Positions 45,113 through 54,904 are shown, numbered from the stretch's first letter. The stretch: 64,000 nucleotides of DNA from Candidatus Saccharimonadota bacterium (GCA_034521515.1 JAXHMH010000002.1:216379-280378), one strand, 5' to 3'. Numbers and translations: made by a program. Notes: generated by a model from the letters alone, not told the origin.

Positions 45113-45251
45113 ATTTCCTCAATTATAGCATGGTGCTCATGTTTAATTTACTAGTGTTACACATGTTATTTATTTTTTTAACCTTGCCAAAATGCTATTG
45201 CTTACAATATAGCAGTTTGTATGAAATTATTAAACCCCCGTAAGAGCCACC

Positions 45252-47309
45252 TCACAACACCGGCGGTAAGGTGGTGAATGCTTCGTACGGTTCACGTGGG
45301 GGTTGCGTGATGGCTGGATTACTGAGCCAGACTTCGGGTGTAAAGATAATTCGTTCGGCTATGTTTGCGCTGGTGTGTGGCTCGTTGCTAGCAGCAGTGT
45401 GTAGGCTGCCGGTAGAGCGTAAGAATTTGAGTTGTCGTGCGACTACGGCGCCGTAAATGGCTAGGCTGTTGTCGTTGCATGATCCAGAAACCAGACTACG
45501 ATTGGCAGGAGTAAACCCATTGGAGCAGGTATATAGTGTGCCAGTATTTGCATTGTCAGGGTCTGGTTGGGCAATCAGAACACCGTCGATCTGGGTGACA
45601 CTCGGGTGTATGTAGATATTGCCTTGAGCAACGAGTTGGAAGTACGGGATGTCGTTAATGGCACTTGGCGATCCTGTTTGATTGTACGTAATGTTACCAG
45701 TAATGTGAACATCACCAGAGACATATATAGAAAGCTTGTCTCCAGTGTTAAGGGTTCGCCCGCCAAGTGTTGTGTTGCCGACGCTGTGGTAGGCTCCGTC
45801 GGTGGCGCCGGTCTGGTAGGCGGCCAGATTAGTGTGTTGGGCAAAGTAGTCCGGTATGCAGTGGCGTACGTTGTCTGAGCTCCAGTTACCACCATAACCA
45901 GTAGCTGGTTGGTTGGCAAACGTGAGTCCGATTGGGCGTGTGGGTGGTGACCCGCGTAATGAAGCGGTAGCAAAACCTTCAATGGGGCGTAGTGCGTAAG
46001 CAGCTATTTGGGTGGCGGAACCACCATATGTTGCCGAACCACGATTGCGAGCTAGAATGGCAGCATCGGGGTTAGGAGTACACGTGTTGGTTTGGTCTCG
46101 GAAGCCAGAGCCTACGAATACATCACCGCCGTAGACACGGAAGTAGGGGCTGTCGGCAATTTCTACTTCACCAGAACAACTAATGCTTGCATTCGACCCT
46201 GAAACAGACCAATTGACTGTATATCTGCCAGTAGTAGTCGCAACAAGCCCGCTGCGGACACTTTCGGCAACGCCGCCCCCTGAGGAGGAACTGGTAAGTG
46301 GACTAGGCGAGTAGTTGACGTTGGCAGAGCCCGTGGGTGTTATTCCTGGCGGTATGGTTATAGTCATTGGGTGTGTGGCGTTTGATACTTCTCCGCTTGA
46401 GCCATTGCTAAAGCGAGCGCGCAAGCTAAAACTTTGGCCTACTCCTGGGTTTTGCGGATTTGTAGTCAGTGCACCACAACTTAATTGCGGGGGAGTGTTC
46501 GGGTAACGTAGTGTGAAAACTGCCTCTGCTCTATATCCTCCTTGCCAAGTGTTTCGAACTTTAAATGATATAGGAGTATCTTGTAATCTGCCCTGTGCAT
46601 TTAATCCGAAATAAGAAGTCATGTCTTCGAGCGGATAGGTTGCAAAGCCGGAGCCTAGATACGCATTACTACTCACCGGATAAGCTGGATTGCACGCACC
46701 GCAGTTACCACCGACGCCCGTACCAACGCCCCGATCATACACACTCGGTCCACAACCAGGATAGATATCACCATAGCCACGGCAGTGCAAAATCCGCCCA
46801 GCATCCGGCAATGCTATGTATGCGCCGTCATCTTGCTTAACACTATACCTGCGCCCCAGACCAGCGCAATAGTCTACCCCAGGATAGTCGGGCGCTGCAC
46901 CGAGCGCACAAGGATAGCCGCTCCCTGTTGGCCCAGTAGGTAAAAACCCAGAGCCGTCGTCGGCACCAAATCCAAACCACACCCTGTCTGCCCGAATGTT
47001 GTTATAGCTAAGCAGATTTGATTCGTCGAGCATACAGTTTGCGGTTATTTCCCACCCTTTGAGCCAAGAATCTATGGCCTCCATACCTGGCCAATCGGTG
47101 TTATAGTCGTGATATGCAATGACGGAAACGGTGCGATAGATGTCTTGTCCCGGAGTTGCACGAACAGCCCGCTGTACATAGTTACACCCCACAGTAGCAT
47201 CACCGTTTTCACCATGCATAGCACTTATCTTCAGTAATCCAATAGTAAACACAGACACAACTGCCAAGCCGAACGATAGCCCTAGTCCTATCTTCGCTTT
47301 TCTACTCAT
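45252..47309 (-). CDS. Large Cys-rich secreted/anchored protein of unknown function at the head of the pilus cluster
   Basis: 685 aa, N-terminal signal anchor, no family recognised. C-terminal third has repetitive G-x-V/I beta-strand patterning. Visibly GC-richer than its neighbours. Confidence 0.55.
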   Translation of the reverse strand: MSRKAKIGLGLSFGLAVVSVFTIGLLKISAMHGENGDATVGCNYVQRAVRATPGQDIYRTVSVIAYHDYNTDWPGMEAIDSWLKGWEITANCMLDESNLLSYNNIRADRVWFGFGADDGSGFLPTGPTGSGYPCALGAAPDYPGVDYCAGLGRRYSVKQDDGAYIALPDAGRILHCRGYGDIYPGCGPSVYDRGVGTGVGGNCGACNPAYPVSSNAYLGSGFATYPLEDMTSYFGLNAQGRLQDTPISFKVRNTWQGGYRAEAVFTLRYPNTPPQLSCGALTTNPQNPGVGQSFSLRARFSNGSSGEVSNATHPMTITIPPGITPTGSANVNYSPSPLTSSSSGGGVAESVRSGLVATTTGRYTVNWSVSGSNASISCSGEVEIADSPYFRVYGGDVFVGSGFRDQTNTCTPNPDAAILARNRGSATYGGSATQIAAYALRPIEGFATASLRGSPPTRPIGLTFANQPATGYGGNWSSDNVRHCIPDYFAQHTNLAAYQTGATDGAYHSVGNTTLGGRTLNTGDKLSIYVSGDVHITGNITYNQTGSPSAINDIPYFQLVAQGNIYIHPSVTQIDGVLIAQPDPDNANTGTLYTCSNGFTPANRSLVSGSCNDNSLAIYGAVVARQLKFLRSTGSLHTAASNEPHTSANIAERIIFTPEVWLSNPAITQPPREPYEAFTTLPPVL

Positions 47310-47835
47310 TCAGTTCAACCTCCAGCTCCGCAATTTCTCTTAGCAACCCCTGATGGATTTGTTCTTGTTCATGCGAAATGATGGGTTGCCTCTCAACCAC
47401 AGCTAGCGCTCCTTTGTAAGCTTCAAGTTGTTTATTTTTATCATCCATACGTGAATAAATTTGCGCAAGAAAGACGTAATATCCGTACTCATCCTGTTCA
47501 TTTTTTGTAGCCTTATGGTCTTCAAGGGCTTCTTGCAGCACCTCAGGATCAACTTGCTGTTCCTGATGATTGCCCATATAGCGTAAATGTTCAGGAAACT
47601 CTAATAACTGTCCGTCAACTTCTATGTATGGCGATACTTCTAACTGCTCTTCTGTTTCACTTACTTCAGGTTGCCCCAAGAACACATGCGCGGTGCCAAA
47701 AACAGCAGGTACAAGTATAGCTACACCCAAAAAGACAGCCAAACGCCTCAAAGAAAATATGTATTTATGACGCGGTATCGTGCCGACTTGTGCTTCGTCT
47801 TCACCGAGCTTTGGTGTGTTTTTTTTAAAATTCAT
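47302..47835 (-). CDS. Single-TM protein with an acidic helical ectodomain (unknown function)
   Basis: 177 aa. 8-nt overlap with the 685-aa ORF. Confidence 0.45.
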   Translation of the reverse strand: MNFKKNTPKLGEDEAQVGTIPRHKYIFSLRRLAVFLGVAILVPAVFGTAHVFLGQPEVSETEEQLEVSPYIEVDGQLLEFPEHLRYMGNHQEQQVDPEVLQEALEDHKATKNEQDEYGYYVFLAQIYSRMDDKNKQLEAYKGALAVVERQPIISHEQEQIHQGLLREIAELEVELNE

Positions 47836-48201
47836 TATGGATTCACGGCTTTACAATCCTAAGATTCGTCAAGTGGCGAATACCCTTATGTTTGCATACT
47901 AATAATTGTAACAGACTGCTAGATAAGCACAAGCTTGTATACTAGGCGGCTTGCCAAAGATTGATACGGATATAGTGCATGCACTAGCTTATAGCACGGT
48001 ACTGCTGATTGGTAGCAGGCTGGATGCCAGCCGTCGTTGTCCGCTAATCCATCACGAGAAAGGATGTGAAATACGAGTATCGTTAAAGTGAACAAGCGTC
48101 CTATTCCGCATCTATGAAAATCAAGTGATTACACGTGTTTATAAACAATATGATATGTCAATATGCGCTAGGAGCTTAGTTTTTCTAACGCGCATTAAAA
48201 A

Positions 48202-48816
48202 CTAAGGTAAAAGTGTCTGCCAGTAATACCAAAACTCATGCAGTACTAATGCCGCTAACAGTACAAACCAACTCACCAAAATCTCTTTGTGATATAAAAG
48301 CACAAAGTTTTTTAGACCAATAAGCGATTTTGGTACAACTAAGTTGCCCTCACGCAGGCTGTACAGAGTGACGTACCAAAATATTGGGATGGTAACGCCC
48401 CATACCACCATGCAAAACGGACATAGAGTGCCCAATACATAAAGGCTCTGGAAAAACATCCAGTGCATAAAAATAACTCCACCTAGCGCACCCAAATTAA
48501 AGGCTTGCCAAAACCACCTTTTTAACCGCGCACCAGCAAGCATTGCAACCCCCACCGTAATAACAACACTAAATGCTGCAATACCCACCACTGGATCTGG
48601 TAAACCAAGCGAGCTCGCTCTGCCCTTCGTCATAGCCGAACCGCAGTCAAACAACGGGTTTATACTGCATGACGGTTGATAGCTCGGATCTTTAAGCAGA
48701 TTTATTGTCTCTATAGTAAGTACAAAAGATGCCAAAAGCCCAATTGCTCCACCAATAAGCAGAATGAACGGCAAGCTGCGTTGTATGCTCCAAGCTCGAT
48801 TTTTTGTTCGTGGCAT
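48202..48816 (-). CDS. Vitamin K epoxide reductase (VKOR) family membrane protein
   Basis: Loop Cys pair (CSINPLFDC) and CPFC (CxxC) in a TM helix. About 5 TM. Confidence 0.7.
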   Translation of the reverse strand: MPRTKNRAWSIQRSLPFILLIGGAIGLLASFVLTIETINLLKDPSYQPSCSINPLFDCGSAMTKGRASSLGLPDPVVGIAAFSVVITVGVAMLAGARLKRWFWQAFNLGALGGVIFMHWMFFQSLYVLGTLCPFCMVVWGVTIPIFWYVTLYSLREGNLVVPKSLIGLKNFVLLYHKEILVSWFVLLAALVLHEFWYYWQTLLP

Positions 48817-49155
48817 ATGAGCCTATTATACCCCAACTAAACTCAAAAACACCATGTAGAAAAACCTCGCACTAATCAATTTTACTGAAATATGTTTACT
48901 AGTCTTTTGAGCATATGTTCCATTTAGTCAGAATCCTTTCTTGGCCTAGTTTTTTAAGTTAAAAATAAACGCGCCAGTCGAGTGGCGTGTTTATTACTTC
49001 TACCATTTTTGTTATAACGCCTATCCTATATAATAATCACTAATGAGTTTATCAATAGGAATCGTGGGGTTTGCCCCGTACCAAAACCCGTGCACAGCAG
49101 CAAGTAATCAGGTTGCGGAGCTACGAGTTTTTGGTACAGATAGCGGGAGCCGAAC

Positions 49156-50238
49156 ATGAGTCTTAATATCGCTATCGTGGGGCTGCCGAATGTTGGCAAG
49201 AGCACCCTGTTTAATGCGCTGACGGATAGCAGTATTTTGGCTGCTAACTATCCGTTTGCCACTATTGAACCGAACACTGGTATTGTGCCTGTGCCAGATG
49301 AGCGTCTGCAAAAACTGGCAGACATGTACAAGACTCAGAAGATACTGCCTGCGACGGTTACTTTTGTCGATATAGCCGGGCTAGTCGCAGGCGCCAGCAA
49401 AGGCGAGGGTTTAGGTAACCAATTCTTGAGCCATATCCGCAGCTGCAACGCCATCTGTCAAGTGGTTAGGGCGTTTGATGATTTAAACGTTTTGCGCAAC
49501 GAGTCCAGTAAGGATCCGCTGCACGATATAGAAGTGGTTAACACAGAGCTGATATTGGCAGACTTGCAAACCATAGAAAAACGCCTACCCCAAACTGAAA
49601 AAGCGGCTCGAGCGAATCCAAAACTTAAACCCGAATTTGAAGCATTAAAAACTGCACACGATATACTCGACTCCGGTCAGCCACTTTTTCACAGTACTGA
49701 GTACTCAGTACTAAGTACGGAGCTCAAGGATCTGCAGCTCATGACAGCCAAGCCAATTATTTATTTGTTTAATATGGATGAGGACCAGCTTAATAATGAG
49801 ACCAAAAAACAAGAACTAAGTAAATTAGTGTCCCCTGCTCAAGCAATTTTTGTCAGCGCCAAGCTAGAAGATGAACTGCGCGGTCTTGATAGATCTGACC
49901 GGCAAGAAATGTTGGAAAGTTACGGCCAGACTGAGCCAGGATTACACAAAGTTATACACGCTGCCTACGATGTACTGGGATTGCAGAGTTACCTGACGGC
50001 GGGCGAAAAAGAGGTTCGTGCCTGGACTATCAAAAAAGGTTCGACAGCTCCCCAAGCAGCCGGCGTGATTCATGGTGATTTTGAACGTGGCTTCATCGCG
50101 GCACAAATTATTGATTATGATGACCTTGTGGCTGCCGGTTCAGAAGCTGCAGCTAAACAACAAGGGAAAATCCGCACTGAAGGCAAAACCTACGTTATGC
50201 AACCCGGGGATGTCGTTGAGTTCAAGTTTAACGTGTAA
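49156..50238 (+). CDS. ychF: Ribosome-binding ATPase YchF
   Basis: IVGLPNVGKSTLFNALT, DIAGLV, C-terminal TGS-like domain (GDVVEFKFNV). Confidence 0.93.
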   Translation: MSLNIAIVGLPNVGKSTLFNALTDSSILAANYPFATIEPNTGIVPVPDERLQKLADMYKTQKILPATVTFVDIAGLVAGASKGEGLGNQFLSHIRSCNAICQVVRAFDDLNVLRNESSKDPLHDIEVVNTELILADLQTIEKRLPQTEKAARANPKLKPEFEALKTAHDILDSGQPLFHSTEYSVLSTELKDLQLMTAKPIIYLFNMDEDQLNNETKKQELSKLVSPAQAIFVSAKLEDELRGLDRSDRQEMLESYGQTEPGLHKVIHAAYDVLGLQSYLTAGEKEVRAWTIKKGSTAPQAAGVIHGDFERGFIAAQIIDYDDLVAAGSEAAAKQQGKIRTEGKTYVMQPGDVVEFKFNV

Positions 50239-50360
50239 AAAGCGGACTTTGGACGATAGATCATAGACAATTTAGTTTATGATTAAAAGCTTTACAGATT
50301 TACTCACTTGACAGCATGCTCATAAACTTATTGACGGCCTCTTGCGAAGCCATCGAAAAT

Positions 50361-51044
50361 CTAATCTCCAGCCTCTAACATCTGCTCCTCTTTCGACCAA
50401 TGAAGCGAAATGTTTTGCATCATCTTAAACAGATCGTGAGTTTTAGGTACAGTATTGTCGTCATAATAGTGATTAATGTCTAGATAATTAGCAACCACGT
50501 TCAAACAACAAATCTCATCACCGATTAAATGCATCTTATCTACCGCTGGCACACTGGCGTTTGGGGTTGCAATAATAAGCTTTTTTATTGCGATGGTTTT
50601 TAGAAACGCTTCGGCAACGTCGAGTGAAGCTCCACTAGGCAAGCCGTCCGACACTAAAATAACCGTGTGATGACGCAGATACTCCGGATGTATCTCGCCC
50701 TCATGCCCAATAAGTACATTTAATTCATGCATTTTTTCGCGGCGTTTTTGATCGATATATTGATGATAATCAGCAGTTAGCTCCTCAAGTTGTCCAGCGG
50801 TAAACATATTGTTGTAAGAGAATGTCCCTGTAGAACTCATACTCGCAATGGCGTCTTTTTCTCCAGGCAGGTAGATGTTTTCTGTCAGTAGCAACATCAA
50901 ATTGCCATGAAGCTTCATGGCTATTTGGGCAGCAACAATAACCGCCCCTTCAGATAGTGCCACGACGGAAATATTTTGGTTTTTATACTGTTCTAACTTG
51001 ACCGCCAACTGCCGGCCAGCATCAGCTCGACTCCTGAAATACAT
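50361..51044 (-). CDS. Phosphoribosyltransferase-fold protein
   Basis: VILVSDGLPSGASL (PRPP-loop-like). 227 aa. Confidence 0.55.
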   Translation of the reverse strand: MYFRSRADAGRQLAVKLEQYKNQNISVVALSEGAVIVAAQIAMKLHGNLMLLLTENIYLPGEKDAIASMSSTGTFSYNNMFTAGQLEELTADYHQYIDQKRREKMHELNVLIGHEGEIHPEYLRHHTVILVSDGLPSGASLDVAEAFLKTIAIKKLIIATPNASVPAVDKMHLIGDEICCLNVVANYLDINHYYDDNTVPKTHDLFKMMQNISLHWSKEEQMLEAGD

Positions 51045-51094
51045 ATCAAAAGTTTAACACAAGGGGTTTAATCTTGCTGCTTAACTCGAACAAT

Positions 51095-51769
51095 CTACGG
51101 TTGGTTTACCTGGCTTTGCGTCACAAAACGCGATGCCTTATTACGTCGTAATAATTGTTGGCTGGTCTGATAGGGGTTCCTTGTCCAGCTTCGAATTGGC
51201 TGCTTTGGCTCTGGTGGCACCTGAGGCGTCTGTGTTTCAACCGGTGGTGCAAGTAGTTCAGGCGGTATACCGGCCGTTTGAGGCTTATCGCTTTCAACTT
51301 GTTGCGGTAAATTTTCAGCTAAACTGGGCGCCTCTGCTGGTGTTAGATGCGTGCGCTGCGCATAATCCTCATCGCTCCGCAGCTTTACTTCCAAAGTACA
51401 CTGTCGCACATAAGCGACCAAATCCTGCAACCGCTCTTTATCCCAACTCTTAAAATCAAGGCTTTTACGAGCATATGTAAAGCAAACCGATGCATCCATT
51501 AATTGGTACTGGTATTTTACTTCGACAATCATATCGTAACGCAAATCTTCAACCGTCAGGAAAAATGGTTTTTTATCAACCAACAACACTCGGTGGTTAG
51601 TCGCACAAAGCAGGGCAAACCCGCCTTCATACCAACCCTTTACAACGTGAGCCAGTTCCTCCCCAGGAACCAATATATTATGAAGTTCGTTCACCTCACC
51701 TTTTGTCCAAAAACTTGGCTTAATACCCAAACGGCGAAATTGTCTGAGTACCGATTCCATAGTAACCAT
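51095..51769 (-). CDS. PH-like (YokE-like) domain protein with a P/Q-rich tail
   Basis: N-terminal ~120 aa resemble bacterial PH-like domains (LVPGEELAHVVKGWYEGGFALLCATNHRVLLVDKK). Weak call. Confidence 0.4.
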   Translation of the reverse strand: MVTMESVLRQFRRLGIKPSFWTKGEVNELHNILVPGEELAHVVKGWYEGGFALLCATNHRVLLVDKKPFFLTVEDLRYDMIVEVKYQYQLMDASVCFTYARKSLDFKSWDKERLQDLVAYVRQCTLEVKLRSDEDYAQRTHLTPAEAPSLAENLPQQVESDKPQTAGIPPELLAPPVETQTPQVPPEPKQPIRSWTRNPYQTSQQLLRRNKASRFVTQSQVNQP

Positions 51770-51835
51770 GCCAATCCCTCCGTTTACTTGTACTTACAGC
51801 ATAACGTTAGGAGGTGCTGTTGTCGGTTATTTTTG

Positions 51836-51852
51836 TCACATGCAGCATGTGA
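51836..51852. promoter_or_regulatory. Perfect 17-bp palindrome, candidate operator of the adjacent Crp/Fnr regulator
   Basis: TCACATGC-A-GCATGTGA, in the divergent promoter region 55 nt upstream of the Crp/Fnr-family gene. TTTTGTC(A/T) words recur at 51831, 51854 and (rc) 51889. Confidence 0.4.
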
Positions 51853-51906
51853 ATTTTGTCTCACTGACTAGCTTGAAACTTTGATTTATGACAAAATAAG
51901 CGTGTC

Positions 51907-52554
51907 ATGATGGCTACACCTCATCAATTTGAAGATCTTGTGGAAACTTTTGGTCGTGGCACGAAACTAGAGTTTCAAAAAGGTGAATTTATTATACGCC
52001 CAGGTGATACACCGCCGGGCGTTTTTTATATAGAATCAGGTCTGGTCAAAGCCTACGATATAACCAAATACGGCGAAGAAAACCTTCTTATTGTCAGAAA
52101 AGAAAAAGAGATATTCCCACTTATCTGGGCGATAACCGGCCAAGAAAGACGCATTATTTATGAAGCACTGGTGCCGACCGTACTAAGACGCTTAAGCCGA
52201 AAACAATTTCTGGAGCACCTCGAAACTTATCCAGAGGGATTACGGATAATTCTAGATATGACTATGGAAATGTACCGTATACATTCCGAACGGATCTTAA
52301 ACTTAGAGTATCGTTCCGTACGAGAACGACTAATTTCATTTATGCTCACTATGTCCAATCGTTTCGGCGAAAAAACAGACGGCGGTATAGTCATCAGAGT
52401 ACCTCTTCGCCGTCAAGATATTGCTAGTTCTATTAGTGCATCACGGGAATCTACCGGCAAAGAACTAACCCTACTGGAAAAACAAAAACTCATAAGCACC
52501 AAAGCTCTTTTTATCACCATACACGATAAGACTAAGCTACGTGAGTTCTTATAG
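51907..52554 (+). CDS. Crp/Fnr-family transcriptional regulator
   Basis: cNMP-binding beta-barrel (FIIRPGDTPPGVFYIESGLVKAY) and C-terminal HTH (RQDIASSISASRESTGKELTLLEKQKLI). Confidence 0.8.
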   Translation: MMATPHQFEDLVETFGRGTKLEFQKGEFIIRPGDTPPGVFYIESGLVKAYDITKYGEENLLIVRKEKEIFPLIWAITGQERRIIYEALVPTVLRRLSRKQFLEHLETYPEGLRIILDMTMEMYRIHSERILNLEYRSVRERLISFMLTMSNRFGEKTDGGIVIRVPLRRQDIASSISASRESTGKELTLLEKQKLISTKALFITIHDKTKLREFL

Positions 52555-52560
52555 AGTCCG

Positions 52561-53328
52561 TTATTGCGTCTTTTTTAATAGATAAAACCGCTCTTGGTTG
52601 CCCTTAGCACCGGCAATCTCAGAATCGGCCTTTTCGGCAATAATGAACAACTTTTTTATCCAACTCTCAAGGTGTTGGAGCGTCTCTCGGCGCATTTTAT
52701 CGTTCTTAATAACACCCCTATGCTTGAGCCCTGCAGCCTGAGCTTCGAACTGTGGTTTTGCCATGGCGACAAGGATTGAGTTAGGAGACATGAGCATTGA
52801 GACATGAGGCAGTACATCACGCAGTGAGATAAAGCTGACGTCGATGACTATAATGTCTGGTATGTCAATGTGTACACCCTTCTCATCACCCACTGCTTCA
52901 TTCTCAGCTTGGCGCAGCCGGACATTCCTAATGTCGGTTTGTTCGTGTAACTCAACGTTCGGGTTAGTACGTAAATTAGGGTGTAGCTGATTTGTGCCAA
53001 CATCTACAGCAATGACTTTTTTAGCGCCATGTCTAAGTGCATAATCGGTAAATCCACCAGTGCTAGATCCGACATCCAGCACTACCTTGTCATGAAAATT
53101 AAGCTGAAATTTATCAGCCACTGCTGCTAGCTTTAGCCCAGCGCGCGAAACATATTGCTGATCAATTTTTAAGTCGATCTTCTGACCATCGGTCACAAAC
53201 TGCCCTGGCTTTCGTACAACCTGCTTGTCAACGCTAACGTGCCCAAGCTTAATGTAGCTTTCAGCCTGGCTTCTAGTTGCAATAAGACCTTTGGCTACAA
53301 TTGCCTGATCAAGCCTCTGTCGCTTCAT
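52561..53328 (-). CDS. tlyA: TlyA-family rRNA 2'-O-methyltransferase
   Basis: S4 domain (RLDQAIVAKGLIATRSQAESYI) + FtsJ-type SAM site (LDVGSSTGGFTDY). Confidence 0.85.
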   Translation of the reverse strand: MKRQRLDQAIVAKGLIATRSQAESYIKLGHVSVDKQVVRKPGQFVTDGQKIDLKIDQQYVSRAGLKLAAVADKFQLNFHDKVVLDVGSSTGGFTDYALRHGAKKVIAVDVGTNQLHPNLRTNPNVELHEQTDIRNVRLRQAENEAVGDEKGVHIDIPDIIVIDVSFISLRDVLPHVSMLMSPNSILVAMAKPQFEAQAAGLKHRGVIKNDKMRRETLQHLESWIKKLFIIAEKADSEIAGAKGNQERFYLLKKTQ

Positions 53329-53771
53329 AACTTAACCTCGGCAATAATCTGACGGTAACCTTGCGATTGAGCCTCTGCTATATGAATCGTGTCTATATTC
53401 AGTTCACCTTCAAAACCACGACCTGCTTTTTGGGTTATGTGAGGGGTATAGTTATTACCGATATACCTGCCCTTCACTTCCCATCCTTGCTCCTCAACAG
53501 CACTAAGCAAGGTTTTGTGCAGTGTCTGCAGTTGGGATGTGATTTCTAGTTTCATAACCGGTAAGTTACCTTTTAGGCCGTAATAACCACGCTCTGTAGT
53601 TGAAACAGAACAGGGTCTAGTACTGTTTGTTGCGACACGAACGCAAGCTTCAACTGCTTTCCCGTCCGGTGCCTCAAACCAGGGCAATAAGGTTACATGC
53701 AACGGCCATAACGTAAATCGCTGTCCGACTTTAACAGGATCGACCATATAAACAATTAAGTACTGTCCCAT
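53325..53771 (-). CDS. 2H-phosphoesterase-like protein (two HxT motifs)
   Basis: HVTLLPWF and TPHITQK. 148 aa. Confidence 0.5.
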   Translation of the reverse strand: MGQYLIVYMVDPVKVGQRFTLWPLHVTLLPWFEAPDGKAVEACVRVATNSTRPCSVSTTERGYYGLKGNLPVMKLEITSQLQTLHKTLLSAVEEQGWEVKGRYIGNNYTPHITQKAGRGFEGELNIDTIHIAEAQSQGYRQIIAEVKL

Positions 53772-53775
53772 GCTG

Positions 53776-54336
53776 TTATTTTACACGTTCGCGGTAAGTG
53801 CCAGTGGAAGTATCCACACTAATGATGTCACCAACTTTAACAAAAGCCGGTACTTTTACGGTAATGTCTGTCTCAAGCGTCGCATCTTTTTGTACGCTGC
53901 TAGTAGTGTCGCCTTTGACCACATCTTCAGCGTAAGTAACTTTTAGCGGGACATTTTTGGGCAACTCTATATTTATAACTTGCCCATCAAACAGCTGAGC
54001 TTGTACTTTATCGCCCTCTTTTAAGAAGCCGGTTTTATCTGCCACATCTTCAGCAAATAATTCAAACTGGTCGTACGTGTCTTCGTCCATAAAATAAAAC
54101 TTGGCAGCGTCATTATAAAGATACTGGACACTCTTATTGATAACGTCTGCCGGCTCAATCGACTCGTTACCTTTTAGAGTTCTATCCAGCACCCTGCCGT
54201 CAATCAAGCTTTTTATCTTAACGTTAACGATGGAACCACCACGACCCATAACTTTTTGAGCATACTCCACCACCCGATACGGTGTACCGTCCATCTGGAA
54301 TATCTGTCCTTTTTTTAGATCGGTTGGTCTCAACAT
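53776..54336 (-). CDS. efp: Elongation factor P
   Basis: 186 aa with three OB-like domains and the KVMGRGGSIVNVKIKSL loop region. Confidence 0.92.
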   Translation of the reverse strand: MLRPTDLKKGQIFQMDGTPYRVVEYAQKVMGRGGSIVNVKIKSLIDGRVLDRTLKGNESIEPADVINKSVQYLYNDAAKFYFMDEDTYDQFELFAEDVADKTGFLKEGDKVQAQLFDGQVINIELPKNVPLKVTYAEDVVKGDTTSSVQKDATLETDITVKVPAFVKVGDIISVDTSTGTYRERVK

Positions 54337-54346
54337 AGTAGTAACT

Positions 54347-54367
54347 AGATTCTAGATCTAAGATTCT
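54347..54367. repeat. Heptad array (3 units)
   Basis: GATTCTA GATCTAA GATTCTA, directly upstream of the efp start. Confidence 0.65.
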
Positions 54368-54562
54368 AGCGACCCCTTTCTTTATTAGCTTTCCTTAATC
54401 CTGATAGCACTTTAGCGCATTCCACCGAAAGATCTGCTACTTCTTTAAAGTCTTCTTGGGTAATGTAGTGGAGATCCTTAACAATGAGCAGTTGGTTTTG
54501 GAGCTCTAGCAAAGACCCGTATGCCATGCTTTTAGGTCTGTAAAAGACGTAATCGTACTCAT
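54367..54562 (-). pseudogene. Decayed relic of a four-helix-bundle (23S rRNA intervening-sequence protein family) gene
   Basis: Frame A: MSTITSFTDLKAWHTGLC* (family N-terminus F.DL.AW). Frame C: ...LELQNQLLIVKDLHYITQEDFKEVADLSVECAKVLSGLRKANKERGR* (family C-terminus). The middle ~70 aa are missing and the two pieces are out of frame. Confidence 0.4.
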
Positions 54563-54575
54563 TGCCTTATTGCTA

Positions 54576-54610
54576 GAATCTACAATCTTATATCTATCCT
54601 CTAATTAGAT
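54576..54610. repeat. Heptad array overlapping the rpsR stop
   Basis: GAATCTA CAATCTT ATATCTA TCCTCTA ATTAGAT. Confidence 0.65.
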
Positions 54611-54804
54611 GCTACAAACGGTAGCAATGCTAGATGCCGAGCGCGCTTAATAGCAACCGCTAATCGGCGCTGTTCATGCTCTTTGAGACCGGTTTTCTTA
54701 CGAGTCTCGATCTGACCATACTGGTTTACGTATCGCTGCAAGGTCTTAAAGTCCTTGTAGTCAAAATACGGTACGTCTGTTCTGTTCTTGAAAATCTTAG
54801 CCAT
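54601..54804 (-). CDS. rpsR: 30S ribosomal protein S18
   Basis: 67 aa, [28 protein letters not shown]...[19 protein letters not shown]. Confidence 0.92.
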   Translation of the reverse strand: MAKIFKNRTDVPYFDYKDFKTLQRYVNQYGQIETRKKTGLKEHEQRRLAVAIKRARHLALLPFVASN

Positions 54805-54820
54805 GTAAATTCCTCCGGAA

Positions 54821-54904
54821 TTAAGTTTAAGGTTATAAAGTTGAAAGTATAAAGTAGTACTCCTGTGAGAAACTTGTTACTTTATAAACTTTTTTACTTT
54901 TTAC
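54821..54904. repeat. Heptad-word imperfect hairpin filling the ssb-rpsR spacer
   Basis: TTAAGTT TAAGGTT ATAAAGT TGAAAGT ATAAAGT ... TTACTTT ATAAACT TTTTTAC TTTTTAC. The two arms are complementary, and the words nearly match the 16S V1 insert. Confidence 0.75.

Noticed and set aside
50361-52554. PRTase-fold protein + PH-like protein + Crp regulator as a defence module
   Set aside because: There are no nuclease, TIR, Sir2 or reverse-transcriptase partners. The PRTase-fold protein resembles a widespread housekeeping-type family, and the genes are not co-oriented as an operon.
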